This document shows, in pieces, positions 9,366-18,774 of a DNA stretch of 64,000 nucleotides (the first letter of the stretch is position 1; each line of letters opens with the position of its first letter). The stretch covers positions 31,192 to 95,191 of the forward strand of contig JBCCHT010000046.1 of the NCBI GenBank assembly GCA_039028615.1, read 5' to 3'. A program made the translations under genes and the position numbers. The DNA comes from Myxococcota bacterium. Its GTDB lineage: Bacteria > Myxococcota_A > Polyangia > Nannocystales > Nannocystaceae. The notes beneath the pieces are model-generated. The model ran no database searches. It worked only from the letters and a program-made list of their open reading frames with translations, and was not told the DNA's origin.

Positions 9366-10604
9366 TCAGAGGGCATCTTCGGTCAGCTCGCCGGGCACGT
9401 CCTCCCGCGCCACCCGATCCGTCTCGAGGTATGTCGCGATCGCGCCCGCCACCACCTTGGCGATCAGCTGCGCCCGCTTCTTCGCCTCCGCCTTGGCCGG
9501 TCGCGGCGTCCCGTGCTTGGGATCGATGTCGCAGAGCAGATCCTTGCGAATCTCCAGCGCCAGTGAGCTCGGCCGGTTCGGCGCCCGCCGATAGTCGTCT
9601 CGCACCCGCCCATCCGCCAGGTAGTCGCGAATGGTTCGATAGGCCACCTCGGCCTGCCGAAAGAGCGTCTCGTGCTCGACCCCAGCGCGACGCAGCCGAT
9701 GCAGGTGCCCCCGCAGCGCCTCGGGCAGCGCATCCCTCAGGTTGGTATTGAGCAACATCCTCCACACCAAGCTGTAGGCCTCGTCTCCGGCGGTCTGCGG
9801 CCGCTCTTGCTCGAAGCGCTGCCGAACGTAGGTGAAGAAGTACCAGACCTGGGCCCGCACCTCGACGCTGCCTTCGGGCAGGGCATAGGGATGATTGCTC
9901 ATGACCCGAAACCCGGTGCGCTCGAGGTTGAGCGACACGCGGTCTCGCAAGATGCGGTTGCAGGTCGACTCTCCCAGCAGGTCGGGATAGATGGGGTCGA
10001 ACACGCCGTAGGGCATCTTCGCTTCGCGCTGATACCCGGCGGGGATGTTCACCAGGCTCAGCTGCGGCCGCGACGTATTGGTCGGGTTGAGCTCGTCGTA
10101 GGTATGCACGCCCAGCACGATCAGGCGATCGCTGAAGTGGGCCTCCACGCCATCGCTGATCCCGTCGTAGAGGTTGAGCACCTCCATCTTCTGCGAGTGG
10201 CTCAGCGCCTCGGCGAAGGGGGAGTTGATGGCCAGGCGGTCGAGCGGATCGCGGCAGCTGGGCGGGGTGCTGCCCGGGAAGCGGTTGAAGTCGAGCAGCG
10301 CCCGCGCGATGCGAACCCGCCCGTAGTGGGGCAGCCCCAGGGCGATGGCGATCTGCTTGGCCACGAGGTTGGCGCCCCAGTCACGCTCTCGCACGTGCGC
10401 CCGGTCGAGGACGTCGAGCGGCACGATGGGGCGGCCCTGCTCGTCCTCCCGGAACTCGCGGGGGATGATGTCGCCGTCGTGCACGGTGTGGATGAAGACC
10501 TTGGAGCGATAGGTCTCGGGCAGGATGTGGGTCTCGGCGTCCGGGACCGGCACCAGCTCGAAGGGAGCCCCGCTGGGGCGATCGAAATCGAAGTGTTCGG
10601 TCAT
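9366..10604 (-). CDS. N-formylglutamate amidohydrolase-like protein (long, ~412 aa)
   Basis: HTVHDG, ERDWG, LLDFNR, VHTY and LEIRKDL motifs. The start ATG overlaps the stop of the upstream gene (ATGA at 10601-10604). Confidence 0.72.
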   Translation of the reverse strand: MTEHFDFDRPSGAPFELVPVPDAETHILPETYRSKVFIHTVHDGDIIPREFREDEQGRPIVPLDVLDRAHVRERDWGANLVAKQIAIALGLPHYGRVRIARALLDFNRFPGSTPPSCRDPLDRLAINSPFAEALSHSQKMEVLNLYDGISDGVEAHFSDRLIVLGVHTYDELNPTNTSRPQLSLVNIPAGYQREAKMPYGVFDPIYPDLLGESTCNRILRDRVSLNLERTGFRVMSNHPYALPEGSVEVRAQVWYFFTYVRQRFEQERPQTAGDEAYSLVWRMLLNTNLRDALPEALRGHLHRLRRAGVEHETLFRQAEVAYRTIRDYLADGRVRDDYRRAPNRPSSLALEIRKDLLCDIDPKHGTPRPAKAEAKKRAQLIAKVVAGAIATYLETDRVAREDVPGELTEDAL

Positions 10605-11425
10605 GGTCGGTCGTCGCGATGAGGCGAAGAGGAGGAGCGCGCGTGGGAGCGGCCGCGGTGCTGCGCGAAGGCGGACTTGAAGCCGAACCACAGCGGGACG
10701 ACCACGAGCACGCCGAAGACCATGAGCCAGGCGTAGTCGAGGCCGCGGCCGTGCAGCTGCCGGACGCCGAAGGCCCCCGCGAGGCCGAGGCCCAAGAACA
10801 CCCACGGGAGCTCGCCCCACGCCAGGCGCTGGCGCCCGCGCAGGATGGCCACGAAGGGCAGCAGCGAGGTGCTGCGCAGGAACTCGGCGTGGCTGTCTCC
10901 GCGCGCCGCGAGCAGCTTGCGGTCTTGGAGGATGGCGCCCACCAGGGCCAGGACGCCGAACCCGGCGAACAGGACGACCCCGATGCGATGGCGGGCCACG
11001 GCGACGTGCCCGAGGCAGTACAGCAGCAGGCCGACGAAGAAGGGATGCCGGGTGATCTGCTCCAGGCCCCGCGCTGGTCGGGTGGTCCGGCCGAACACCA
11101 CGGTGGAGGAGGCGAGATAGCCGGAGGGCGCCACGATGGCGGTCATCAGGACCATGCCGAAGACCATGGCCACCAGGGCGGGCCAGCGGACCCAGGCGAT
11201 GCCCTCGAGCCCGAAGCCGGGCGGGCCCTCGCTGCCGTGCGCGCCGTAGTAGCCGAGCAGCGCTCCCAGGCCGATCCAGGCCGAGATCCCCACGATCACC
11301 GCGTGACGCACCGAGCCCAACCGATCGACGATCATCGTGCGTACGGGCGGGCTCGCGAGCACCAGGTGCGTCACGACGAAGGCGGCGATCAGGACCGCCA
11401 TGGTGGAGACCGGAGGCTCGAGCAT
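10601..11425 (-). CDS. NnrU-family membrane protein
   Basis: FVVTH..., GLEQITRHP, GHV, QDRK, TSLLPFVAILRGRQ are typical NnrU-family motifs. Confidence 0.85.
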   Translation of the reverse strand: MLEPPVSTMAVLIAAFVVTHLVLASPPVRTMIVDRLGSVRHAVIVGISAWIGLGALLGYYGAHGSEGPPGFGLEGIAWVRWPALVAMVFGMVLMTAIVAPSGYLASSTVVFGRTTRPARGLEQITRHPFFVGLLLYCLGHVAVARHRIGVVLFAGFGVLALVGAILQDRKLLAARGDSHAEFLRSTSLLPFVAILRGRQRLAWGELPWVFLGLGLAGAFGVRQLHGRGLDYAWLMVFGVLVVVPLWFGFKSAFAQHRGRSHARSSSSPHRDDRP

Positions 11426-11443
11426 GCCCTCGCGCGTGCTTCC

Positions 11444-11998
11444 TCAGGTGCGGCGGAGCCCCCGGAACCAGTTGGACAGCGTCGCCTCGACGCCCTCGCC
11501 CTCGAGGCGCTCGATCGCGTCTTTCATCTCCTCGACCTTCTTGCCCTCGGGGTCGAGCACCACGAACAGCGGGTAGGTGCCCTTGGTGGTGTCCCAGCGC
11601 TGGCGCAGATCGTCGAACTCGTTCATGCGCGTGACCGCCTCCCAGTCCTCCTCGACGAACTCGAGGATGCGGACGTGGTCGATGTCTTGGGCGGGGTGGA
11701 GGTTGCCGAGCTCGAGCTCGAGACGGCGGCATCGCTCGCACCAGTTGGCGGAGAAGAGCACGGCGATCTGCTTGTCCTGGCCCTTGGCCTTGACGCGCAT
11801 GCGCTCGAACATGTCGGCCAGGGGCTCGCCGTCGACGGGCCGGAGGCGTCGCAGGTCGTAGCCGACCTTCTTGGGCTTCGCGGCGGCGGCCGAAGCCGGC
11901 TCACTGTTGGCGGGCTTGCCCTCGTCGTTGCCACACCCGAGCCCGAGCACTGCACTCAAGGCCGCACCCAGCGCCACGCTGCTGCCATGGAACCGCAT
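11444..11998 (-). CDS. Thioredoxin-fold lipoprotein
   Basis: Lipobox LGLGC; FSANWCERC redox motif; GTYPLFVVLDPEG cis-Pro region. Confidence 0.85.
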   Translation of the reverse strand: MRFHGSSVALGAALSAVLGLGCGNDEGKPANSEPASAAAAKPKKVGYDLRRLRPVDGEPLADMFERMRVKAKGQDKQIAVLFSANWCERCRRLELELGNLHPAQDIDHVRILEFVEEDWEAVTRMNEFDDLRQRWDTTKGTYPLFVVLDPEGKKVEEMKDAIERLEGEGVEATLSNWFRGLRRT

Positions 11999-12090
11999 AG
12001 TCCGTTCGTTGTGTCGCGTTCGCTCGGGCGCGGTCAAGGCTTGGCCTCCCGGTTGCTGGCGTGGCCCGGGATGGCCAAGCTGGCTGCGTC

Positions 12091-12633
12091 GTGCTCGGGC
12101 TTCCCACGACCACCCACGCCCAGATTCGCCCCGCGACGCGGGACGATCTGTTGGCGCTGGCCGCGATCCGACGTCGCAGCTGGCAGGCGACCTACGAGGG
12201 CGTCGTGCCCGACGCGGTGCTGCGCGGCATGAATGACCAGCGGACGGCGCGGACCATGGTGCGAGGCATCCGGGCCCGCACCGAGGCATTGCTCGTGGCC
12301 GAAAGCCCCGACGGCACCCGCCTCGGCTACGCTTGGGTGGGCCCGCACCGCGACGGCCTGCCCGGTCACCACGGGGAGATCTACGAGCTTTATCTCGACC
12401 CCGACACGCAGGGGCAGGGGATCGGCCGGCAGCTTTTGGTGGCGGCCATCTGGGCCTTGGTCGAGCGCGGCCTCCAGCCGGTGGTGGTCTGGGTCCTCGC
12501 GGCCAACCCGGCGCGGCAGTTTTACGAAGCGTGCGGAGGCGAGCCCATCGCTCGCGGTTGGGTGAAGGTGGGCGGCCGGCAGCTCCCCCGCCTGGCCCTG
12601 AGCTGGCGGGGCGGCCTGCCGCTCCCTCGCTGA
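12091..12633 (+). CDS. GNAT-family N-acetyltransferase (start uncertain, 12061-12091)
   Basis: IRPAT, SWQATY, EIYELYLDP..QGQGIGRQL, VWVLAAN.ARQFYEACG. Confidence 0.9.
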   Translation: MLGLPTTTHAQIRPATRDDLLALAAIRRRSWQATYEGVVPDAVLRGMNDQRTARTMVRGIRARTEALLVAESPDGTRLGYAWVGPHRDGLPGHHGEIYELYLDPDTQGQGIGRQLLVAAIWALVERGLQPVVVWVLAANPARQFYEACGGEPIARGWVKVGGRQLPRLALSWRGGLPLPR

Positions 12634-12651
12634 GTCCCTTCGAACCAATGC

Positions 12652-12680
12652 AAAAGCGCCGCACGAAGGCGGCGCTTTTT
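12652..12680. terminator. Bidirectional intrinsic terminator between GNAT and rpsP
   Basis: AAAAGCGCCGC-acgaag-GCGGCGCTTTT perfect inverted repeat with A and T tracts. Confidence 0.8.
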
Positions 12681-12697
12681 GGACAGACCCGAAGTTT

Positions 12698-12967
12698 TCA
12701 GCCGGCGGCCTGAGTGACCGCGGGAGCGGGATCAGGGTGGCGCCGAAGGAGGCGCGCGACCGTGTCGGTCGGGAGAGCGCCAACACCCAGCCAGTACGCC
12801 ACGCGGCTGTGGTTCAGCTCGACGGTGGAGGGATCGGTGTTGGGGTTGTACGTGCCGAGCTTCTCGAGGAAGCGACCGTCTCGCGGGGAGCGAGTGTCGG
12901 TGGCGACGATACGGTAGAAGGGGCGCTTCTTGGTGCCCGAGCGGGCAAGCCTGATCTTCACGGCCAT
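12698..12967 (-). CDS. rpsP: 30S ribosomal protein S16
   Basis: [42 protein letters not shown]. Confidence 0.99.
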   Translation of the reverse strand: MAVKIRLARSGTKKRPFYRIVATDTRSPRDGRFLEKLGTYNPNTDPSTVELNHSRVAYWLGVGALPTDTVARLLRRHPDPAPAVTQAAG

Positions 12968-13003
12968 GGCGTTACAAATCCTCGGTCTGTCCGAAGGAGC
13001 GGG

Positions 13004-13032
13004 AAGCTAGCGGCCGAGGGCCGGCCCGTCAA
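13004..13032 (-). promoter_or_regulatory. Putative sigma70 promoter of rpsP
   Basis: TTGACG-N17-TAGCTT on the minus strand, ~36 nt upstream of the ATG. Confidence 0.6.
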
Positions 13033-13077
13033 GCGGCTTGCGGTATGCAGTGGATCGCGCAATTTTCCGACCTGGCC

Positions 13078-14883
13078 ATGGTAGCTCCCACCGCGTCTCG
13101 CCCGTCGATGCCTTCCTCATCCGCCCGTCGCCGACGATCGGCGTGGATGCGTGCCGCGACGCTCGCCGCGGCGGGCCTCGTGATCCCCGCGTGTTGGAGC
13201 AACTCCACCGGCGGCAAGGGCAAGCCCGCCGAGAGTGCCGACGGCCCGAGCCCCAGCCCGACCGAGGCGGCGGAGCGCGTGGAGCTCGATCTGTTCGTAT
13301 TTGGCCGCGTGCGAGGCACCATCGCCCCCTGCGGCTGTACGACCGAGCCGCTGGGGGGTCTGCAGTACGCGTTCGGATACATCGAGTCGCACTCGTCGCC
13401 GGGCGCCCGACTGGTGGTCGAGCCCGGGTCCTTCCTCTATCCCGCGCCCGACACCCCGGAGTGGCCGGTCGATGACCAGGGCTGGACGCAAGCGCAGGAG
13501 CGAGCCGAGGCGCTGCACGGCCGCTTCACCGCGCTGGGCGATGCGCTGGTCAGCGGGATCGGCCCCATCGACGTGCGATCGCCCACGGGTCCGGCCGCGT
13601 TGAAGACGCTGGCCATGCCGCGTGTGATCGCCAACCTGGCCGGTCCGGTGGCGGGGATCGGCGCCCCGGTGTCGCACCGGATGGTGCCGCTGAGCTCGGG
13701 CGGCACGAAACTGCAGGTGGGGGTGACCGGCGTGGTCGACCCCCAGCTGGCCGAGGCCAAGCGCCTGGGGCAGCTGGCCGACCCCATCGCGGCCCTTCGC
13801 AACGAGGTCCAGGCCATGCGCGCGGCGGGAGCCGGCTTGACGATGGCGCTGGCCCACGGCAACCGGGCCTTTGCCGAGCAGATCGCCCGCGAGGTCGACG
13901 GCCTCGACATCGTGGTGGTGGGCGTGGTCGACGGCACCGAGCGGCAGCGCCTGGGCGAGCCCACGGGGCAGCTGGGCGACACCCGCATCGTCGAGCCGGG
14001 CGAGCAGCTGCAGAGCATCACCCACCTGAAGCTCTCGGTGGCGCCGGGCCAGTCGGTGGTGCCGCGGGCCGAGGCCTGGGTCGTGCAGCAGCCGACCGCG
14101 GTGCTCGAGCAAGAGCTGGCCCGGGTGCAGGCGCGGCTCGACAAGTTCAAGGCCGACCCGAGCGCGGACGCGTCGTTCATCGCGCGGCTCGAAGGCGAGG
14201 TCGCCACCCTGAACAAGCAGCTTTCGGGGGAACTCGAGGGCCCGGTGGTGGCGGTCTTCGATCAGGTGAAGATCACCTGCCGGCTGCCCGCCGACGACGT
14301 CGCCAAAAAAGAGCTGTCCGACTACAACGCCTGGGTCGCGAAGCAGAACGAGGCCTTCTACGCTGACGTCGAGGCCCCGCCCGCGTCCGAGGGCGTGTCC
14401 GGCTACTCGGGCCTGGAAGAGTGCGACACCTGCCACGAAGAGGCGGTGGAGTTCTGGCGCACGACCCGGCACGCGGGCGCCTACCAGACCCTGGTGAACA
14501 CCAACCAGCAGTTCGACCTCGCCTGCGTCGGCTGTCACGTGACCGGCTTCCGCAAGCCCGGCGGCAGCGAGGTGGTGAAAAACGCGGGGCTGCGCGACAT
14601 CCAGTGCGAGGTCTGTCACGGCCCCGGCACCTTCCACGTCGACGAGCCCGAGGCCGCCAAGGGAGGCGCGCAGCACATCAGCCTGCTCGCGCCCGAGTCC
14701 GTGTGCGGCGAGTGCCACACCCCCGAGCACTCCGATACCTTCGACTACGAGGCCTATATGCGCGATGTGCTGGGCAAGGGGCACGGGCAAGAGGCGCGGG
14801 CCAAGCTGGGCGACGGACCGACCGGTCGCGAGCTGCGAGCGGCCGGGTTCGCCAAGGCGGGCGGTGCCTGCAAGAAGATGTGA
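13078..14883 (+). CDS. Lipoprotein with UshA/5'-nucleotidase-like N-terminal domain and C-terminal tetraheme c-type cytochrome
   Basis: Lipobox-like VIPAC; GTIAPCGC..PLGG; four CxxCH motifs (CDTCH, CVGCH, CEVCH, CGECH). Confidence 0.85.
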   Translation: MVAPTASRPSMPSSSARRRRSAWMRAATLAAAGLVIPACWSNSTGGKGKPAESADGPSPSPTEAAERVELDLFVFGRVRGTIAPCGCTTEPLGGLQYAFGYIESHSSPGARLVVEPGSFLYPAPDTPEWPVDDQGWTQAQERAEALHGRFTALGDALVSGIGPIDVRSPTGPAALKTLAMPRVIANLAGPVAGIGAPVSHRMVPLSSGGTKLQVGVTGVVDPQLAEAKRLGQLADPIAALRNEVQAMRAAGAGLTMALAHGNRAFAEQIAREVDGLDIVVVGVVDGTERQRLGEPTGQLGDTRIVEPGEQLQSITHLKLSVAPGQSVVPRAEAWVVQQPTAVLEQELARVQARLDKFKADPSADASFIARLEGEVATLNKQLSGELEGPVVAVFDQVKITCRLPADDVAKKELSDYNAWVAKQNEAFYADVEAPPASEGVSGYSGLEECDTCHEEAVEFWRTTRHAGAYQTLVNTNQQFDLACVGCHVTGFRKPGGSEVVKNAGLRDIQCEVCHGPGTFHVDEPEAAKGGAQHISLLAPESVCGECHTPEHSDTFDYEAYMRDVLGKGHGQEARAKLGDGPTGRELRAAGFAKAGGACKKM

Positions 14884-14943
14884 GCGGCGGTTCGCACGCA
14901 GGGCTGGCCTCGGGCCCCTCTTCGATGCCACAACGGGGCTTCG

Positions 14944-16356
14944 ATGAGCGCCGCCAGCCCACCCGCCTCGGACCCGCGCAAGGTCTACTTCGTCTCGCTG
15001 GGCTGCCCCAAAAACCAGGTCGACACCGAGGTGATGCTCGGCGTCGTGGAGGGGGGTGGGCACGAGCTGGTGACCGACGTCGAAGACGCCGACACCCTGG
15101 TGGTCAACACCTGTGGCTTCATCGACGCGGCCAAGGAGGAGTCGATCGACACCATCCTCGAGCTGGCCGCGGCCAAGAAGGAAGCGGGCGAGCCCAAGAC
15201 GCTCGTGGTCGCCGGGTGCCTCAGCCAGCGCTACCCCGAGGAGCTGGCCAAGGAGATGCCCGAGGTCGACCACTTCCTCGGCTCTGCCGATCAGCTCGGG
15301 CTGTCGAAGGTGCTGTCCGGCCGCGCGCCTCGCATGGGCGTCAGCGCGCTGGGTAAGCGTGCCTATCTGTACGACCACACCACGCCGCGGCAGATCACGG
15401 GCACGCGCCACAGTGTGTACGTCAAGATCGCCGAGGGCTGCGATAGGCCCTGTGGCTTCTGCATCATTCCCAAGCTCCGCGGGGCGCAGCGCAGCCGCAG
15501 CGTGTTCTCGGTGGTCGAGGAAGTGCACGCCCTGGTCGAGCACGGCGCTCGCGAGGTGTGCCTGGTCGCCCAGGACCTGACCCTGTACGGCAAGGACCTG
15601 TCGCCCAAGGCCAACCTCGAGCAGCTGCTCGACGCGCTGGTCCAGATCGACGGCCTACGGTGGATCCGGCTGCACTACGCCTATCCCACCGCGGTCACCG
15701 ACGGCCTCATCGAGCGCATCGCGGGGCAGCCCAAGGTCGCGACCTACCTCGACGTGCCCATGCAGCACTTCGACACCGAGGTGCTCAAGAAGATGCGCCG
15801 GGGCTACGGCGAGAAGCACGTGCGTGGCCTGGTCGAGCGCCTTCGCGATCCGGCCTTGGTCGGCGACGCGCACGTGTGGCTGCGGACCACGATGTTGGTG
15901 GGGCACCCGGGCGAGAGCGAAGAGGCCTACCGTCGGCTCTACGACTTCGTGGCCGAAGGCCAGCTCGATCACCTGGGCGTGTTTCCGTGGTCCCGCGAAG
16001 AGGGCACCACCTCGGCGATGCAGCCCGGTCGCGTGGACGAAGCGATCGCGCAGGAGCGGGCGGCCGAGCTCATGGCCTTGCAGGCGGAGATCCGCACGCG
16101 CAAGCACGCCGAGCTGGTGGGCCAGACCCTCGACGTCATGGTCGAAGGCCCCAGCGAGGAGTCCGAGTACCTGCTCGCCGGGCGCCACGAGGGCCAGGCC
16201 CCCGAGATCGACGGCAGTCTGGTGCTGACCAACGGCGAGGCGGAGCGGGGTCAGATTGTCCCGGCCAAGATCGTCCAGGCCAGCGCGCACGACCTGGTGG
16301 CTTCGCTCGACCTCGACGCCGAGGTCGAGAGCGACGGCGATCTCGCCCTCGATTGA
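14944..16356 (+). CDS. rimO: Ribosomal protein S12 methylthiotransferase RimO
   Basis: SLGCPKNQVD, VNTCGFIDAAKEES, radical SAM motif CDRPCGFC, LHYAYP, TRAM domain with QAPEIDG. Confidence 0.97.
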   Translation: MSAASPPASDPRKVYFVSLGCPKNQVDTEVMLGVVEGGGHELVTDVEDADTLVVNTCGFIDAAKEESIDTILELAAAKKEAGEPKTLVVAGCLSQRYPEELAKEMPEVDHFLGSADQLGLSKVLSGRAPRMGVSALGKRAYLYDHTTPRQITGTRHSVYVKIAEGCDRPCGFCIIPKLRGAQRSRSVFSVVEEVHALVEHGAREVCLVAQDLTLYGKDLSPKANLEQLLDALVQIDGLRWIRLHYAYPTAVTDGLIERIAGQPKVATYLDVPMQHFDTEVLKKMRRGYGEKHVRGLVERLRDPALVGDAHVWLRTTMLVGHPGESEEAYRRLYDFVAEGQLDHLGVFPWSREEGTTSAMQPGRVDEAIAQERAAELMALQAEIRTRKHAELVGQTLDVMVEGPSEESEYLLAGRHEGQAPEIDGSLVLTNGEAERGQIVPAKIVQASAHDLVASLDLDAEVESDGDLALD

Positions 16357-16611
16357 CCCATCCGGTCCACGGGTCGGAATTGCGATCGGTGGCGGCGCCT
16401 GAGCGCATCCGGCGACGTCGTTCGTTCGTACGGCTTCACCTCATCCCGTGAAGGTGGACCAACCTGGGTTTGTCGTGCGATTGCAGGGTGATGCCACGGT
16501 CGGTCCTTTGCTCGGGGGTCGCGCATGTGGGATATTCGCGAACACCGGCTCTTCCCCCCTCTCCGCACTGCGCGCCAGTCGCATCTCTCCTCCCTCTGGA
16601 GCCATTAAACG

Positions 16612-16857
16612 ATGTCATCCGTATCTCTCAAGGACCTGGTCGAGTATTTGGCCAAGGCGCTCGTCGACGAACCCACCGAGGTCGAGGTCGCCGAGATTGC
16701 CGGCGAGCAAACCGTCGTACTCGAACTTCGCGTCGCCAAGGGCGACCTGGGCAAGGTCATCGGCAAACAAGGGCGCACGGTCAAAGCCATGCGCGCCATC
16801 TTGTCGGCGGCGTCGTCCAAGGTCCGCAAGCGCGCCGATCTCGAGATCCTCGAGTAA
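16612..16857 (+). CDS. khpA: KH-domain RNA-binding protein KhpA
   Basis: [25 protein letters not shown]; located upstream of rimM. Confidence 0.95.
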   Translation: MSSVSLKDLVEYLAKALVDEPTEVEVAEIAGEQTVVLELRVAKGDLGKVIGKQGRTVKAMRAILSAASSKVRKRADLEILE

Positions 16858-16882
16858 GGGCCGCAGCCCGCATCGAGCGGCG

Positions 16883-17479
16883 ATGACCGAAAAAACTCGA
16901 GACTCTTCCTCGGAGCGACCCGATGGTCCGCCCCTGGAGGTCGGCTATGTCGCTGGCTCTCACGGGGTGCGGGGCACGGTCCGCGTGCACCTGCACGACG
17001 CCGACTCCACCGCGCTCAACGCCGGTCGCGTCATCCAGCTCCACCGTGACGGCACGCCCGAAGGGCAGTTCGAGATCGTCAGCGTGACCGCGGTGCCCGG
17101 CAAGGCCAACCGCAAGCGCGTGGTGCTGAGCGGCATCGACGATCGCGACGCCGCCGACGCCCTCAAGGGCACCACCGTAAAAATTTCCCGCGCCGAGCTC
17201 GAGCCCCTGGCCGACGGCGAGTTCTATCTCGTCGACGCCATCGGCGTGCCCGTGCAGCGCGAGCGCGACGGCCAGGTGCAGGCGCTCGGCAAGGTCACGG
17301 GCATCACCACCAACGGCGCCCAGGACCTGTTCGAGGTGCGCTGGCGGGCCCCCAGCGGTGCCGCCCGGCAGTGGCTGCTGCCCGTGATTCCGCAGTTCGT
17401 CCTCGACCAGGGCGCCGACCGAATCCTCGTCGACGTCCCGCTGGGCTTTCTGCCCGACGAGCTGGAGAACGACAGTTGA
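16883..17479 (+). CDS. rimM: Ribosome maturation factor RimM
   Basis: VGYVAGSHGVRGTV, IDDRDAADALKG, EFYLVD, NGAQDL, LLPVI; position between khpA and trmD. Confidence 0.93.
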   Translation: MTEKTRDSSSERPDGPPLEVGYVAGSHGVRGTVRVHLHDADSTALNAGRVIQLHRDGTPEGQFEIVSVTAVPGKANRKRVVLSGIDDRDAADALKGTTVKISRAELEPLADGEFYLVDAIGVPVQRERDGQVQALGKVTGITTNGAQDLFEVRWRAPSGAARQWLLPVIPQFVLDQGADRILVDVPLGFLPDELENDS

Positions 17480-18738
17480 GCGCCACGGCGAGCGCTCGCC
17501 GTTGCTTCGAGGTCTTCACGCTCTTCCCGGGCGCCATCGAGGGCTTCGTTGGGGCGGGGCTGCTGGGCAAGGCGATCGAGCAGGAACGAGTGCAGGTCCA
17601 CTGCACCGACTTCCGCGACTTCACCGACGATCGCCATCGCAGCGTCGACGACTCGCCCTTCGGCGGCGGCGCGGGCATGGTGATCAAGCCGGGCCCGGTG
17701 GTCGCGGCCATGGAACACGTGGCCGAGCAGCGCGGCGCGTTCCATCGCATCCTGCTCACGCCTTCGGCCCCGCGCTTCGACCAGAGCGTCGCCGCTCGCC
17801 TCGCCCAGCACGAGCGCATCGGCCTGCTCTGCGGGCGCTACGAGGGCATCGACGATCGCGTCCGCGAGCACTACGTCGACGAGTGCCTCTCGCTCGGGGA
17901 CTTCGTGCTCGGGGGAGGCGAGGTCGCGGCCTTGGTGATCATCGAGGCGCTCTCGCGGCTCGTCGATGGCGTGGTGGGCAAGGCCGAGTCGGTGGACGAA
18001 GACAGCTTCGGGCGCAGCGGCGAGGCGGGGGTACTCGAGCATCCCCACTACACGCGGCCGGCCGAGTTCCGCGGCCACGCGGTGCCGCCCGTGTTGCTCG
18101 GGGGTGATCACGCCGCCATCGCGCGCTGGCGTCACGAGGCGGCGCTCCGTCGCACCTGGGCGCTGCGGCCCGACCTCCGAGACCCCCGTCGGCTCGGGGC
18201 CGAGCACCCGCTATTCGTTGCCGTGTCGCCCGAGGCGATCGACGACGCCGACGCGTTGGTCGAGCTGGCCCGGGATCAGGCGGTCGAGCTGGTGGTGGTG
18301 GGCGCGGGGGAAGAGGCCTTGCCGACGTGGCTGCAAGCCACCGCGGGGCGGATCCAGGTCGCGGTGTTGCCCGATGCCCGTGCGCTCAAGCGGCGGCTCA
18401 AGCGCAGTACGCGAGCTCTCGGCGGAGGATCTCCTGCCTGGGTGCACGTGGTCTCCGAGCCCAACGATGCCGCCGAGGCCTGCCACAGCCCGCAGATGCT
18501 GCTCGACTGGCTGGCCAGCGCGGCCTCCGAGGGCGGCACGGGGCCCGTGGTGCTGTGGATCGGCCCCGGAGCGCCCCCCAGCGGCATGCCGGACTGCGCT
18601 TTGTACGCACCTCCCGCGGATGATCTCACGCGTCAGGGACTTGCGAACGGAGGCGCGATCGCAGACATTTCCCGGCCCCGTCCGGGCATCGCCGAATTGG
18701 CCCGCGCCGCGTTGACGGGCCTGCGGGATCGCGGGTAA
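17476..18738 (+). CDS. trmD: tRNA (guanine37-N1)-methyltransferase TrmD with ~185-aa C-terminal extension
   Basis: VFTLFP, VDDSPFGGGAGM, CGRYEGIDDR, SLGDFVLGGGE, LEHPHYTRP. Proposed TTG start overlaps the rimM stop. Confidence 0.95.
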   Translation: MSATASARRCFEVFTLFPGAIEGFVGAGLLGKAIEQERVQVHCTDFRDFTDDRHRSVDDSPFGGGAGMVIKPGPVVAAMEHVAEQRGAFHRILLTPSAPRFDQSVAARLAQHERIGLLCGRYEGIDDRVREHYVDECLSLGDFVLGGGEVAALVIIEALSRLVDGVVGKAESVDEDSFGRSGEAGVLEHPHYTRPAEFRGHAVPPVLLGGDHAAIARWRHEAALRRTWALRPDLRDPRRLGAEHPLFVAVSPEAIDDADALVELARDQAVELVVVGAGEEALPTWLQATAGRIQVAVLPDARALKRRLKRSTRALGGGSPAWVHVVSEPNDAAEACHSPQMLLDWLASAASEGGTGPVVLWIGPGAPPSGMPDCALYAPPADDLTRQGLANGGAIADISRPRPGIAELARAALTGLRDRG

Positions 18739-18774
18739 CAAGCCTCGCCCGCGCCTCGGCAAGGAACATTCGCC

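Noticed and set aside
10605..11741. N-terminal extension making the amidohydrolase 791 aa
   Set aside because: It overlaps nnrU and the thioredoxin gene in another frame; the likely start is the ATG at 10604.
13320..13345. Selenocysteine recoding in the UshA-like cytochrome
   Set aside because: The motif is encoded TGC-GGC-TGT (Cys-Gly-Cys), with no in-frame TGA.
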